Assembly: GCA_965222605.1 (NCBI GenBank)
Contig: OZ244960.1
Coordinates: 2,208,001-2,272,000 of the forward strand
Direction of reading: 5' to 3'
Length of the DNA: 64,000 nucleotides
Source of the DNA: Candidatus Latescibacterota bacterium
GTDB lineage: Bacteria > Latescibacterota > UBA2968
Under the pieces are notes generated by a model that was not told the DNA's origin, ran no database searches, and saw nothing but the letters and a program-made list of their open reading frames with translations. Positions 20,233-31,100 of this stretch are shown here, piece by piece. Position 1 is the stretch's first letter. The number at the start of each line of letters is the position of its first letter. Both the position numbers and the translations under genes were made by a program.

Positions 20233-21168
20233 TCAGACCAAATCTTCCACTTTTCCACCCGGAACATTCCGTCGAAAATATCGCTGCAACTTAGCAAGCG
20301 CGCGGTTGCGAATCTGGCGCACCCGCTCTCGGGTAACACCCAGAGACTGGCCAATGTCACTCAGCGTCTGGCGCTCATTTCCGTCGAGACCAAAATAACC
20401 GCGAATAACATCTCGCTCCCGAGGGTCTAAAGAATCATTGAGAGACCGCGATATGAACTCGGACTGATCCCGGTATATCACGAGTTGATCTGGATCCTCT
20501 TCATTGGCCTCGAGTATATTCATAAGCGGCTGCTCGCCCGCCGAGTCTATAGGCATAGAAAGAGACAGGTCTGGACGCACACAGCGCAACGCCCGCTCTG
20601 CGCGTTTGTTGCTGATCTTCATATCGCTGGCAACTTCGTCCAGCGTGGGCACGCGCCCCAATTCCTGGGTCATCTGCCCCCAGCGACGCGCCATCCGGTC
20701 CATATCCTCCTGGCGATTTGCAGGCATAACCACATTAGACGTGCGCTTGAGCGCGTTGAGAATGCACTGCCGAATCCACCACACAGCATAGCTAATGAAC
20801 TTAAACCCGCGTTCTTCATCAAATCGCTTGAGGGCTTCCATCAACCCCATATTGCCCTCGGCAATCAAATCGGCAAGGGGTACACCTCGCCCCTGATATT
20901 CCAGTGCAACACTGACGACAAAACGCAAGTTTGACGTAATAATCTTGTCAATCGCCGCTTGATTTCCCTGTTTGGCCTTGCGAAGGATCTTTTGTTCCTC
21001 TTCTCGGCTCAATGGGGGGTACTTACGCAGTTCCTTGAGATAGCTCTGAACAGAAGCTTCACGCGCGTACTGCGTTTCTTTTTGCGTATATTCCATTGTA
21101 TCTCCTACCTCTTGTTCCTCTTTACCCGACTCGACGCGGGATTCTGGTGCAACAGTTGGCGTTTCCAC
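20233..21168 (-). CDS. RNA polymerase sigma-70 factor, RpoD/SigA family lacking region 1.1
   Basis: SNLRFVVSVA, DLIAEGNMGL..A..RFD..RGFKFISYAVWWIRQ, TRERVRQI. Confidence 0.92.
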   Translation of the reverse strand: METPTVAPESRVESGKEEQEVGDTMEYTQKETQYAREASVQSYLKELRKYPPLSREEEQKILRKAKQGNQAAIDKIITSNLRFVVSVALEYQGRGVPLADLIAEGNMGLMEALKRFDEERGFKFISYAVWWIRQCILNALKRTSNVVMPANRQEDMDRMARRWGQMTQELGRVPTLDEVASDMKISNKRAERALRCVRPDLSLSMPIDSAGEQPLMNILEANEEDPDQLVIYRDQSEFISRSLNDSLDPRERDVIRGYFGLDGNERQTLSDIGQSLGVTRERVRQIRNRALAKLQRYFRRNVPGGKVEDLV

Positions 21169-21430
21169 TTCTGATTGTCACCCCCTCCCAAAAAATGAGT
21201 TGTTTAATATTTAAACGCACTTAACATTCACAAAGTTTCACAATCTGAAATATAATATTGGGCCTATACCAGACTCTTTCTCTATCAACACCTATCCTCT
21301 GCTAAGTCTTAGATACACGCCATATATCTAAAAGTTTCAACACAAATTCTATCAGCGTATTAAAAATTCTGCAACATATTGTAAATAAAAATTTTAATAA
21401 AAATAAATTTTAATAAAAAAACGGAGAGGT

Positions 21431-21602
21431 GGAATATGGCAGAAATGGCCTATCAGAAACCGCAGCGCGCCTTCCGCGACCTGTGGCGATGCGGCGAACT
21501 CGAGGACGAACAATGAGTGCGCGGGAAGAGATCCTGAATTGCTTGCAGGACCGGCGCCGAAAGGCTATCTTGCCCCCTGCCTGGCAATTGCAGCGCGTTT
21601 GA
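21431..21602 (+). pseudogene. Mosaic gene scar: start of a GHL10-like gene fused to LutB-end/LutC-start-like fragments
   Basis: 21431-21462 matches 23044-23075 at 28/32 nt (MAEMAYQKP vs MTEMTYQRP); two ATGA-coupled mini-ORFs 21436-21516 and 21513-21602 (MSAREEILNCLQ...). Confidence 0.6.
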
Positions 21603-21661
21603 CGACATTTGGGCGAAGATACGCGATTTTAACGCTGTGTTTATAAACGAAAGGAAAGACA

Positions 21662-23008
21662 ATGCCCCGGCCCCGGCATAAAGATCACATCTTTCACAGA
21701 ACCCTCAAAAAAGAATGGTCGAAGATATCACACGGAGAAGGCATTTACCTGTTCGATACGGAAGGAAAACGCTATCTCGACGCCTGTGCGGGCGTGCATG
21801 TGGTCAGTATCGGCCACGGGGTCAAAGAGATCGCAGAGGCCATGGCCGAACAGGCGGAGAAGGTCTGTTTCACCTACGCCCGGTTCCTCACCCAGCCCCA
21901 GATCGACCTGTCAGACAGGATCGCCGGCCTCACGCCGGAAGACCTGAACCGGGTCTTTTTCGTTTCCGGAGGATCCGAAGCCACAGAGTCGGCCATGAAA
22001 ATTGCCCGGAAGTACCATATCGCAACCGGCAATCCCGGAAAGTACAGGGTCATCTCCCGGTGGCAGGCCTGGCACGGGAATACGGTTGGCGCCCTCTCCA
22101 TGTCCGGGCGGTCGCCCTGGCGCGAGGACTATATTCCCTACCTGCTGAATTTCCCCCATATCCCGCCGCCCTACCCCTACCGGTGCGCCTACTGTAAGGA
22201 CCACTCGGAGTGCCAGCTCCACTGCGCAGAGGAACTGGAGCGGGTCATCAAACAGGAGGGGAGCGAGTCGATCTCCGCCTTTATCGCCGAACCGATCCTC
22301 GGCACCTCCGCCGCCGGTGTGACCCCTCCTCAGGACTACTACCCTCTCATTCGGGAGATCTGTGACCGACACAATATCCTGATGATCGTCGATGAGGTCG
22401 TCACCGGCTTTGGCAGGACAGGCCGCAACTTCGGCATCGAACACTGGGATGTGGTCCCCGATATTATGGCGACCGGGAAAGGATTGAGTAGCGGCTATAC
22501 TCCCATTGCCGCAACCGTCGTCCACGAAAAGATCTACAACGCCATCTACAGGGAATCCGTCTCTTTTGTGCACGGGCACACCTATGGCGGAAACGCCCTT
22601 TCCTGCGCCACGGCCCTGGCCGTGCAAAACTACATCCAGACGCATGATCTGGTATCGAACTGCGCCCGGATGGGCGACCTGATGCTGGAAAAACTCATGC
22701 CCCTGCAGGACCTATCGATCGTCGGGGGCATACGCGGGAAGGGCCTGCTGATCGGCATCGAATTCGTGGCCGACAAATCCACGCGTGCCCCCTTCGACCT
22801 CTCAAAAGGGGTGACCGCAAGGATCGTGGATTTGGCCTTCGAAAAAGGGGTACTGGTCATGCCCGGAGCCCCCGGCCTGGTCGACGGTGTCGAAGGCGAC
22901 CATATCGCCATCAGTCCCCCTTTCACCATCACCGAATCGGAAGTACAGCGCGTTGTCGATGTGGTACAAGAAACCATTGTGGAAGTCTCGGCACAGCTGT
23001 GCAAGTAG
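21662..23008 (+). CDS. Class-III PLP aminotransferase
   Basis: GEGIYLFDTEGKRYLD, SGGSEATE, WHGNT, FIAEP, DEVVTGFGRTG, TGKGLSSGY, HGHTY. Confidence 0.93.
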   Translation: MPRPRHKDHIFHRTLKKEWSKISHGEGIYLFDTEGKRYLDACAGVHVVSIGHGVKEIAEAMAEQAEKVCFTYARFLTQPQIDLSDRIAGLTPEDLNRVFFVSGGSEATESAMKIARKYHIATGNPGKYRVISRWQAWHGNTVGALSMSGRSPWREDYIPYLLNFPHIPPPYPYRCAYCKDHSECQLHCAEELERVIKQEGSESISAFIAEPILGTSAAGVTPPQDYYPLIREICDRHNILMIVDEVVTGFGRTGRNFGIEHWDVVPDIMATGKGLSSGYTPIAATVVHEKIYNAIYRESVSFVHGHTYGGNALSCATALAVQNYIQTHDLVSNCARMGDLMLEKLMPLQDLSIVGGIRGKGLLIGIEFVADKSTRAPFDLSKGVTARIVDLAFEKGVLVMPGAPGLVDGVEGDHIAISPPFTITESEVQRVVDVVQETIVEVSAQLCK

Positions 23009-23048
23009 GCACAGCAAAAATTCTCGGCATACCGTCCTCCCAGGGAAT

Positions 23049-24677
23049 ATGACAGAAATGACCTACCAGAGACCGAATCCCCGAGGCGACCATCGGATCC
23101 TCTATGTGAGCGACCCATCCACGATCGCACGCACTGTATTGCCCGATCCAGTAGAAGAAGCAGACCTGCGCAAATGGGTGGATATGGTCGCGGATAGCGG
23201 GATAGATATGTTCAATCAGGAGGTATTCTCTCAAGGATGGACGGTTTACTGGCAATCCGAACACTATGAATACGACCAGCGCCCTCAGCACCAGCGATTC
23301 AGGCCGTTGATCGAAGCGGGCACACAGCCACTGGATATACTCATCGACCAATCGCACCGGCGCGGCATGCAATTTATCGCTGGCTTCCGCATAAATGACG
23401 GCCATGCCGCGCATAACCGCCAACAGGGCGTCGGCATCGCCGAATATATTGAAGCCAACCCACATATGCGATTGCACGACCCGCGCCCGGCGCAGAACTA
23501 CCAGGAACCAGAAGCACTCGATTTCACACATCGGGAGGTTCGAGAATTTACTTATGGCGTTGTAGAAGAAGTCGCCTGCGGTTTTGACATTGACGGTGTG
23601 GAACTGTGTTTTCGGGACACGGCTTATTTCCCACCGCACCACGCTGCCGAACGCGCACACCTCATGACAGAATTGATACAAAATATCCGCACGCGACTGA
23701 ATGAACGCGGCAAAGAAATCGGCAAAAAACTCATATTGGGCGCGCGCATCTACTCAACCGTGGCAGAATGTGAACGTCAGGGCCTGGACATTTGCAATTG
23801 GATTCAGAATAGATTGCTCGACTACATCAGTCCTCAAGACACGATGTATGCCGACCACAATTTGCCCTATTCAGAATGGTCGGCACTAACGCGGGAAACA
23901 GAGTGCCTGCTCTATCCGGGCCTGCTTCCGTGGAACAGCTACCGCGCGCGCTATCGCCTCGGACGAATCCCCCTGAGCCACGCCACCTGCCGCGCACTCG
24001 CGCACACCATGTACGGCGCCGGTGCAGATGGCATATCGATCTACAACCATTTTGTGCCTTCCGTGTGGCAACAGCCTTTTTACCCTCAAGGAATGCAGGT
24101 CTTCCACCAGCTCCGCGACCCCGAACGCGTCGCACGCGGCGAACGGCACTACATCTTCGATCCCACCTGGGCCGGATTTAGCGGCTTCGGGACCGATGGC
24201 ATGTGCAGCACAGAGGTGATCAAAGCACAGCAACTCCGACTATCGCGCGGCGAACAGCGCCCCACGAGTGAATTTCGCTTTCAACTCTTTGAAAACCTGC
24301 AACACGCGCATTGCGCAACCCTTCTCTTTCGGGGATTCGGCCTGACCGAGGGCGATGAACTGGATGTGCTTCTCAACGGCCATGTCATACCCGACGAAAC
24401 CATCGGTCGCACCGCATCCTCTGATCGCGTGACAACCGTAGATTCGACACGAAAAAAAGACGGCAGAAACATACCCTGTACCGCTCAAGGCGGGCGGATC
24501 GAATTTCGCACACTCGCAGAAAAATCCGTCTTTTCCACGCGCTGGTTTGTGCTCTCGGACCCGCTCCTTGAACACGGCGATAACTGCCTGTCCATCACAC
24601 TCACCAAAAGCGACCCCGAAGCCGCGTCCCCCACAATTGTCATCGACGAAGTAGAAGTATTTGTCGAACCACGATAA
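23049..24677 (+). CDS. GHL10/DUF187-like TIM-barrel putative glycoside hydrolase
   Basis: FRINDGH, LDFTHREVR, DIDGVELCF, GLDI..WI, GADGISIYN pattern shared with 39327 and 50757. Confidence 0.65.
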   Translation: MTEMTYQRPNPRGDHRILYVSDPSTIARTVLPDPVEEADLRKWVDMVADSGIDMFNQEVFSQGWTVYWQSEHYEYDQRPQHQRFRPLIEAGTQPLDILIDQSHRRGMQFIAGFRINDGHAAHNRQQGVGIAEYIEANPHMRLHDPRPAQNYQEPEALDFTHREVREFTYGVVEEVACGFDIDGVELCFRDTAYFPPHHAAERAHLMTELIQNIRTRLNERGKEIGKKLILGARIYSTVAECERQGLDICNWIQNRLLDYISPQDTMYADHNLPYSEWSALTRETECLLYPGLLPWNSYRARYRLGRIPLSHATCRALAHTMYGAGADGISIYNHFVPSVWQQPFYPQGMQVFHQLRDPERVARGERHYIFDPTWAGFSGFGTDGMCSTEVIKAQQLRLSRGEQRPTSEFRFQLFENLQHAHCATLLFRGFGLTEGDELDVLLNGHVIPDETIGRTASSDRVTTVDSTRKKDGRNIPCTAQGGRIEFRTLAEKSVFSTRWFVLSDPLLEHGDNCLSITLTKSDPEAASPTIVIDEVEVFVEPR

Positions 24678-24719
24678 AAAAACAGGCCATCAGCCGCATG
24701 CATAACGGTTGATGGCCTG
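24676..24719. terminator. Terminator between convergent genes
   Basis: CAGGCCATCAGCCG / CGGTTGATGGCCTG stem with an A-run on the left (U-tract for the minus-strand operon). Confidence 0.7.
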
Positions 24720-24766
24720 ATATTCTGGGGTGGTGTAGGAGGTGGCCCTTTCACCTCTTACCTTTT

Positions 24767-25747
24767 TTAAAACGTCCCGGACAAACTTAACCTAAGAGGC
24801 GTATTCAGCAAAGGCCCAAAGTCTGAATACGAAACATCTACATGGATAGTTCGCCCTGAAAATGTACCCTTCAAGCCCGCGCCAACACTCCAGGATTCTT
24901 CGTCATATCGGAACTTGTACCCGGCGCGCAGGGCAATCGCGTTCATAACCCAAAGCTCTGCACCCAGATTATAACGCTGCCATCGGTCGGTGAAATAAGC
25001 GCCTTCGAGTGACCCGGTCAAAGAATAGGGATCGCCCAATTCCCCCAGCACCTCCATTGAGCCGCCAACGTGAAACACGGTCGGCATAGAGGATTTCTCC
25101 GTAACAATCTGCTGTTCGCCGCCCAGATTCTTCATACTCATGCCAATGCGAAAGCTCTTGAACCCGGTGTGCAAAAGCGTGCCCACGCTCAGACTCAACG
25201 CCTGTAATTTCTCTGCGCCAAGGGTGGATTGAATATAGCGAAGGGTCAGACCAGCCGAAAGCTTATTGGTCATCTGCCGCGCAACGGACAACCCGATCGC
25301 AGTATCGCCCGTATTCACCATATTGCCCGTGCCCGTGGGTTGCAAGGTAGTCGTCTCGATAATTTCGGGCGTTTGAAAAGTCACCACCGAAACCCCGACC
25401 ACAGTACTCCATCTCATATTGGCGGCAACAGCACCGGAATAGAATTTGGTATCTGCCAACCACTGAATATACCCGAAAGAATATCCCAGCCTGGGAACCT
25501 TCGCAATCCCCGCCGCATTCCAATAGATCGCTTCAATACCCTCGGCAACAGAGGTATAAGCATCTCCCATAGATGCGGCGCGCGCCGTGGGCGTCACCTT
25601 CAAAAATGTAAATGTGGAAGGTCCCTGCTTCTCGTAATTCTCTGTACTTTCAAGGGTATCTGTCGGTCTCACCTGGGCATGCCCCGGCAATGCGAAGCCG
25701 AGGATACCTAAAACGAGCACTACACAGCCTGTGAACCGTTTCATCAT
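24767..25747 (-). CDS. PorV/PorQ-family outer-membrane beta-barrel protein
   Basis: Signal peptide; FLKV.P.ARAASMGDAY, AIYWNAAG, LRAGY; terminal aromatic SGTF. Confidence 0.85.
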   Translation of the reverse strand: MMKRFTGCVVLVLGILGFALPGHAQVRPTDTLESTENYEKQGPSTFTFLKVTPTARAASMGDAYTSVAEGIEAIYWNAAGIAKVPRLGYSFGYIQWLADTKFYSGAVAANMRWSTVVGVSVVTFQTPEIIETTTLQPTGTGNMVNTGDTAIGLSVARQMTNKLSAGLTLRYIQSTLGAEKLQALSLSVGTLLHTGFKSFRIGMSMKNLGGEQQIVTEKSSMPTVFHVGGSMEVLGELGDPYSLTGSLEGAYFTDRWQRYNLGAELWVMNAIALRAGYKFRYDEESWSVGAGLKGTFSGRTIHVDVSYSDFGPLLNTPLRLSLSGTF

Positions 25748-25789
25748 TTTCTATCCTTTTCAAAAAGAGTGTAATAAATGGCCGAACAC

Positions 25790-28132
25790 TTACCGGTGGA
25801 TCACGAAAAGCCCGCGCTGAACTTTGCCAAAACCGGATCCTTGAACTTGGGACTCTACAGTGAAAATATAGACACCCGATGTGACCTCGCCGGTTATGAA
25901 ACGGTCTCTCAACTCCCAGATCGCCTCGCCGGAATTTGGATCGTCGTGCTCAATCTCACCCACCCGATCCCCCGATATCGAAAAGATCGAAATGGTGCAT
26001 TTTCTGGGCACGCCCACAAACCGCAGCTTTTTGGTATTTTGATAATTCTGTAGCGACTCCGCCAGGTTAAATGGATTTGGGACAACCAGTATCTGTTGCT
26101 CTAAATTGTCGGCAGCAACGGAAGAAGCCATTGTCGGACTCCTCGCAGCAATCATCCGCTGTTCTGGCGCCGACCATCCGCCTTCTATTCCATTGAGCAC
26201 ATGTTCTCGAACCACTGGCGGCAAATCGGCAAGGGTTTTCGTCCCCTTGCTCCAGCTCTGCTGCGGCTTGGCCACAGCGCGAACATTGTAGATGTAGAGA
26301 AAGCCCGCCAGAGAATTATCATCGGACCACGCATAGGTATTTGCACCCGTCGCCGGAACCTCACCCACGAGTTCCCATGGACCGTATTCTTGCCATGTGG
26401 AGCGATAAATCCGATAGCTCGCGACATTGGGCACGCCGAAATCGGGATGCACCGCCGTTTCTGCAGTATTCGTCCACGACACCTCCATCTGCGCGGTTTC
26501 ATCGCCTCGAATCTCAAATTCGACATCGGGCGGCGAATCGGGGATATCGTACGCATTTTCGTAAGCAAACTGCGCGTGCGACAAATTCTGTAACATCGCC
26601 CGTTCGCCCTGCGCCAGTGTCGTCTTTCGGGTGTTATCATCTACAACGCCAAAATTCCAACCCCATGTGATCATATCTCTGGTGTGACCCGTACTCGGAT
26701 GGGTATCAAAATCTGCAGCAGTGCCCAACACATATACCAGCACAATTTTGGCCTTGTCCCCAGGTGCGAGGTTGTACGGACCATAGACCTGATCATTCCA
26801 ACCCACGCCCACCTCCGGCGGATTGTCGTGTGACGGAGAAGTAAACGCATCGTAGATCTCTGCAGGACTCAACACACCGCGCAGCGGATCCTGGATCTTC
26901 TTTCGAGCAGTCGCTTGCCACCAGTGTGCCAGAATGGGCGTTTCGCCTTGGGGATCCACATAGCCCGCTACCCGATCTGCGGCATTGAATGTGTGGCTCG
27001 CGCCAGAATTGCGAAATGCCAGCGGTGCCATCCCCATATACTGCGGGGAAATCGGCATACCTTCGGGCCGAGCAGAACTTCCCGGGAATCCCCGTGCCGA
27101 TCCCACAGATTCGAGGTCTTTATAGAAGGGATCTCCCGTATCCTCTTCATTGCTTTGCACCGCATTGCCATCCCACTGGTAATTGATGTATTTCCCGGCA
27201 AAGTCATTGGCAGTCAAACCGCTCAGAGAATTGGGCTGAAAATTGGACGCCACGCTGGAGCGATACCAGTCATCGAGGCCACCCGCGCGCTTGTAATTAA
27301 TCTTTCCGCCTTCGTGTCCCCAGCGATAAGCTGTGCCAGCATTGCTGACGTAGAAGGCGTTCAAAAACCCGAAGTACGTATCGTTGAGCTGTTTGCCTCC
27401 CCTATTTTCAAATTCCAACTCCAGAATAAAGAAATCGTCGAAGTCCTGATGGCTCCACGTATATGCCTTTCTGGTCACCACGAGATCGTGTCTGGTCGTC
27501 CACTGCGAAATGATCACCTCTTCGGACGCGTTCTGAACAGGGGGATAGACCCCGTACCCGTAGTTGTGAATCTCATAAGGCGATGTACTCACCGGGTCTC
27601 CCGTCAATGCCGGCGCACCCTTGTAATAATTTACCATCAGATCGCCAACCCTGACGCCCCGAGTGGGTACTCTCGATTCGAGACCCCAATCTGCCTCCGG
27701 CATATTTTTAATATCGTAAATCAAAGGGAGCACATCTTCGGTCGGCTTGCGCGGCCCCGTCGCAGATACCCACTTCTCCCCATCCACATTGGTCAAAACG
27801 AGCACCCCTTCACCCGCGGAATTTGAGTGGGATTCTGTTTTCTGTGAATATACAGGCCACGACTTCTCGCCCCAGTAGTCGATAAATTCCGGCGGAGTCA
27901 TTCCGATCTGCATCGCATTGACGCCGCCCGGGTAGTTCATCCGCATCATAATTCGGGTCGCCGAAACATCGTAGTGCATCCCCTGCGTACCGGCACTGGT
28001 AAACGAAGTCCAAACCTGCGCCCGGGTCGTGTGCCGCGCCGTGCCGTAAACAACCTCTGCGGCGGGGACGGACTGCACGCCAATCAGCAACAGCAAAAGG
28101 CACAGCCGCCAGTTAAATTGCGTGTTGAACAT
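25790..28132 (-). CDS. Large secreted protein with FN3-like domain and T9SS type-A CTD-like C-terminus
   Basis: SPI signal; PDSPP..V.W..YRIYRS FN3-like segment; tail VVPNPF..CTISIFSISGDRV..W..VTSGVYIF..V..GLFVIHR. Confidence 0.75.
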   Translation of the reverse strand: MFNTQFNWRLCLLLLLIGVQSVPAAEVVYGTARHTTRAQVWTSFTSAGTQGMHYDVSATRIMMRMNYPGGVNAMQIGMTPPEFIDYWGEKSWPVYSQKTESHSNSAGEGVLVLTNVDGEKWVSATGPRKPTEDVLPLIYDIKNMPEADWGLESRVPTRGVRVGDLMVNYYKGAPALTGDPVSTSPYEIHNYGYGVYPPVQNASEEVIISQWTTRHDLVVTRKAYTWSHQDFDDFFILELEFENRGGKQLNDTYFGFLNAFYVSNAGTAYRWGHEGGKINYKRAGGLDDWYRSSVASNFQPNSLSGLTANDFAGKYINYQWDGNAVQSNEEDTGDPFYKDLESVGSARGFPGSSARPEGMPISPQYMGMAPLAFRNSGASHTFNAADRVAGYVDPQGETPILAHWWQATARKKIQDPLRGVLSPAEIYDAFTSPSHDNPPEVGVGWNDQVYGPYNLAPGDKAKIVLVYVLGTAADFDTHPSTGHTRDMITWGWNFGVVDDNTRKTTLAQGERAMLQNLSHAQFAYENAYDIPDSPPDVEFEIRGDETAQMEVSWTNTAETAVHPDFGVPNVASYRIYRSTWQEYGPWELVGEVPATGANTYAWSDDNSLAGFLYIYNVRAVAKPQQSWSKGTKTLADLPPVVREHVLNGIEGGWSAPEQRMIAARSPTMASSVAADNLEQQILVVPNPFNLAESLQNYQNTKKLRFVGVPRKCTISIFSISGDRVGEIEHDDPNSGEAIWELRDRFITGEVTSGVYIFTVESQVQGSGFGKVQRGLFVIHR

Positions 28133-28151
28133 GCTTTCCTCCAGATAAAAA

Positions 28152-31100
28152 TTAAAATTTCAAACGCGCACCAAACACAATCGACCGGGGCAGCCCGAGA
28201 CCGCGATTATATCGGGTCAGCTCATCCGTATCGCCGTGCGTCTGATAGACCTTGTCGGTGGGCGAGGGCAATGTCAATCCGTATTGAACCGAGTTAAAAC
28301 CGGTCGTCATATCGTCTTTCTGGTTCCAGATATTGCGTATTTCCAGAAATCCAGTTGCCGTTGTCGAAGTGCCGAATTGAAACTCCTTCTCGAAGTTCAT
28401 ATCTGTAACCGTCGAAATCGGAGCATTTCGGCGTACCTGCCCACCCTCTGGCGGCGCATACCACCAGGGGGTACCGCTCTGCACGCGGTAAATCATCGTC
28501 ACCCGAAAACCGGCCAGGGGACTGAAATGAAAGTCTGGCGGAGCCGAAAAGAGAAATTGCGCCGTGGCGTAATTTCTGCGGTCAATACCGCCTCGCAGCG
28601 TCGGAATCCCATAACTCGTATTGGAAAATAACCACAGCCCGGGTTCAATCTCGGTCGGGGGTTCAAAAATTCTACCCGTTGAGATAGACCCAACCTGATC
28701 AATCCACTTCTGCATGATCTGGTCCGCCTTTTCGGCGAATGCAGCCCGCGCTGCCGCATCTGGAACTATGGGCATCTCCTGACCATTGGATTCGACTTCA
28801 ATACCACTGAAAAACTTATCGCTGTTCACCCAGGTCGCATCGGGCACATAGAACCACTTCGCGGCTCTCTTCCCACCCTCAAACGACTTTACCCATTGCA
28901 AATTGTAGGACAGATTAAACGACGTCATGCGCGTGAACATCTTCTTAAACGAGATCTCAAAACCCCTGGACGTCAGAAAACTCTTGTTCGTGATCCCACT
29001 TGCATAAGTGGAGACAGATCCATAAGCGGGGTCTTCCATATGGGCGGATTGCCCGTCAATCTGCCCTTCCTGATCTTTGTAAAATGCGGTCACGCTGGCA
29101 ATATAATCGCCCGCAAAATTCCAATCAACGCCCACCTCAAAACTGGTGGTGCGTACCGGATCGGTCGAGACGGACCCAAATTTACCGGCCAGCGAGTGCG
29201 CCAGAGAATTGTAGATCTCATGCTGGTCGATCACGCCATTGCCATTCAGGTCTTTGTCCGGAACAGAAGAACGGAAGAACCGCGTATAAAACCACTGCAT
29301 ATCGTTAAACTGGTGAAAGGTTCCGGTGAAGAAGCGGATGCTGGCGCGAGCGGTGATAGGATGCGAGATACCCAGCCGGGTGCTCCACGCCGTATTGAGC
29401 GGGGAATCTTCCAGGGGGACATTTCGCCAGCGCGTCAGAGAACTGTAGTGATGCCACAGTATTTTCTCCCCGGCATAGCCCCAGGCCTCGCCCGGATCCA
29501 CCGCGTCGAACCGCACGCCAGCATTGACCACCAGGCCCTCAAACTCCATTTTGTCCTGCAAATAGAGCGCGTACTGAAGCGGTGTGAACGGTTCCATCCC
29601 GAGAATTGGATCTCCCTTGCCCACCAGACGAATCTGCCGAATTTGGGGATCGGGAAAGCCCTCCTCGTGCTGATAGATACTAAAACGGGTCAGTTCAAAG
29701 CCGCCTTTGACCAGATGTCCCCTGGTGATCTGACTGGTCAGATCGCCTTTTAGCAGCCAGCGATTTCTGCGGTAATAATCAAAGGAATGAACGTCCCGAG
29801 GCAGGTAAAATCCAGCACTGGAACGCCGGATCGCTTCGGTGGTCGCGGGGATACCACTCGTGTCAACCGCCGACCGCTGATGGGAAATCCGAAGTTCGTA
29901 AAAAGTCTTGGAAGAAATCGTATGCGTCAGCACAGCGTAAAGCACATTTTCCGTTTCGTTTCCCTCGCCAACACCGGCGAAGCCGCCGGGCACAAAGATA
30001 TTCTTCCCTTCCGTGGCATTCTGAAGCGACCGCGCCGAACCCTCTGGAATCGCAGAGGTACCACCTGTTCCATCGCTAAAGACCCGGGCAAAGTTATAGC
30101 CCTTGTAATAACCGTACACGCTGCCCACTTTCACCTTCGTGTTATTTCCCAACCGATAGGTGGCATTGCCCGAAAGCTGGATATTGAACGGCTCACCATT
30201 GTCGATATCGGGATATAAAGGCGCCTGCCGGCTATTCGTCAACGAGAGAAAGAATCCGGCATCCTCACTAATAGGACCAGAAAATGATCCTTCCCGAAAG
30301 TGCCCCCAAACACCCGTGTAGTCGGTCTGCTGGTGCGCCGGTTGATTGGTTCGGGAGTCAATCTCACTCGCAAAAGTCGGGTCGTTAAAGTCGGCCTGTC
30401 CTTCGTGGATCGCACTTTCGTAAACATTGGATCCCCAGTGCTTTTTGCCCGGCAGCGTTAATCGGTACTCGCCCAACCCGCCAAACTTATCCCTGCTCTC
30501 CCGCGTGATCAGGCTGATAACACCACCCTGTGCATTGCCGTATTCCGCGTCCATCCCACCCACAACCACCTGCACTTCCTGAAGGGCGGACTTGTTGATA
30601 CCCATGAAGTTCGGCGTCGAAAAGCCGTCGTTATTGACCAGTTTAATCCCATCTACCTCTACAAATGTCTCGTTTAGCCTTTGACCTCCGCTCCCGACGA
30701 CATTGCTGCCGCGAATGCGGAGATTGCCGTCTAAAGACACACCTGGAGAAAGTTCAATCAGGTCTTCGGCAGTGCGTGCAAGCGGCACGCGGTTAATATC
30801 GACAACATCGATAATATAGCGACTCGTCGTGCGGTCAGGCTCCACGGGCGGGCGTTCTGCAACCACCAGCATTTCAGCAGCCTGAAGAGTCGTCTCCTCG
30901 AGCTGAAAGTCGATCGTGGTTGTAAAATCTGCACGTACCACAACCGCGTTATTCACCCTCGGCGCATAGCCGACCATCGTCGCTTCCATCTGATATTCGC
31001 CCGGCTCTATGGCCAGGATCAAAAAATAGCCTTCTGAATCCGTGGTAGCACCTCTTCGCGTACCCTGCACCACCACATTCGCACCTGGCAGCGGTTCACC

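Noticed and set aside
21360-21421. Very AT-rich stretch with repeated AAATTTTAATAAAAA as a possible replication origin
   Set aside because: No DnaA-box cluster or origin-associated genes; better explained as a divergent promoter region or island border
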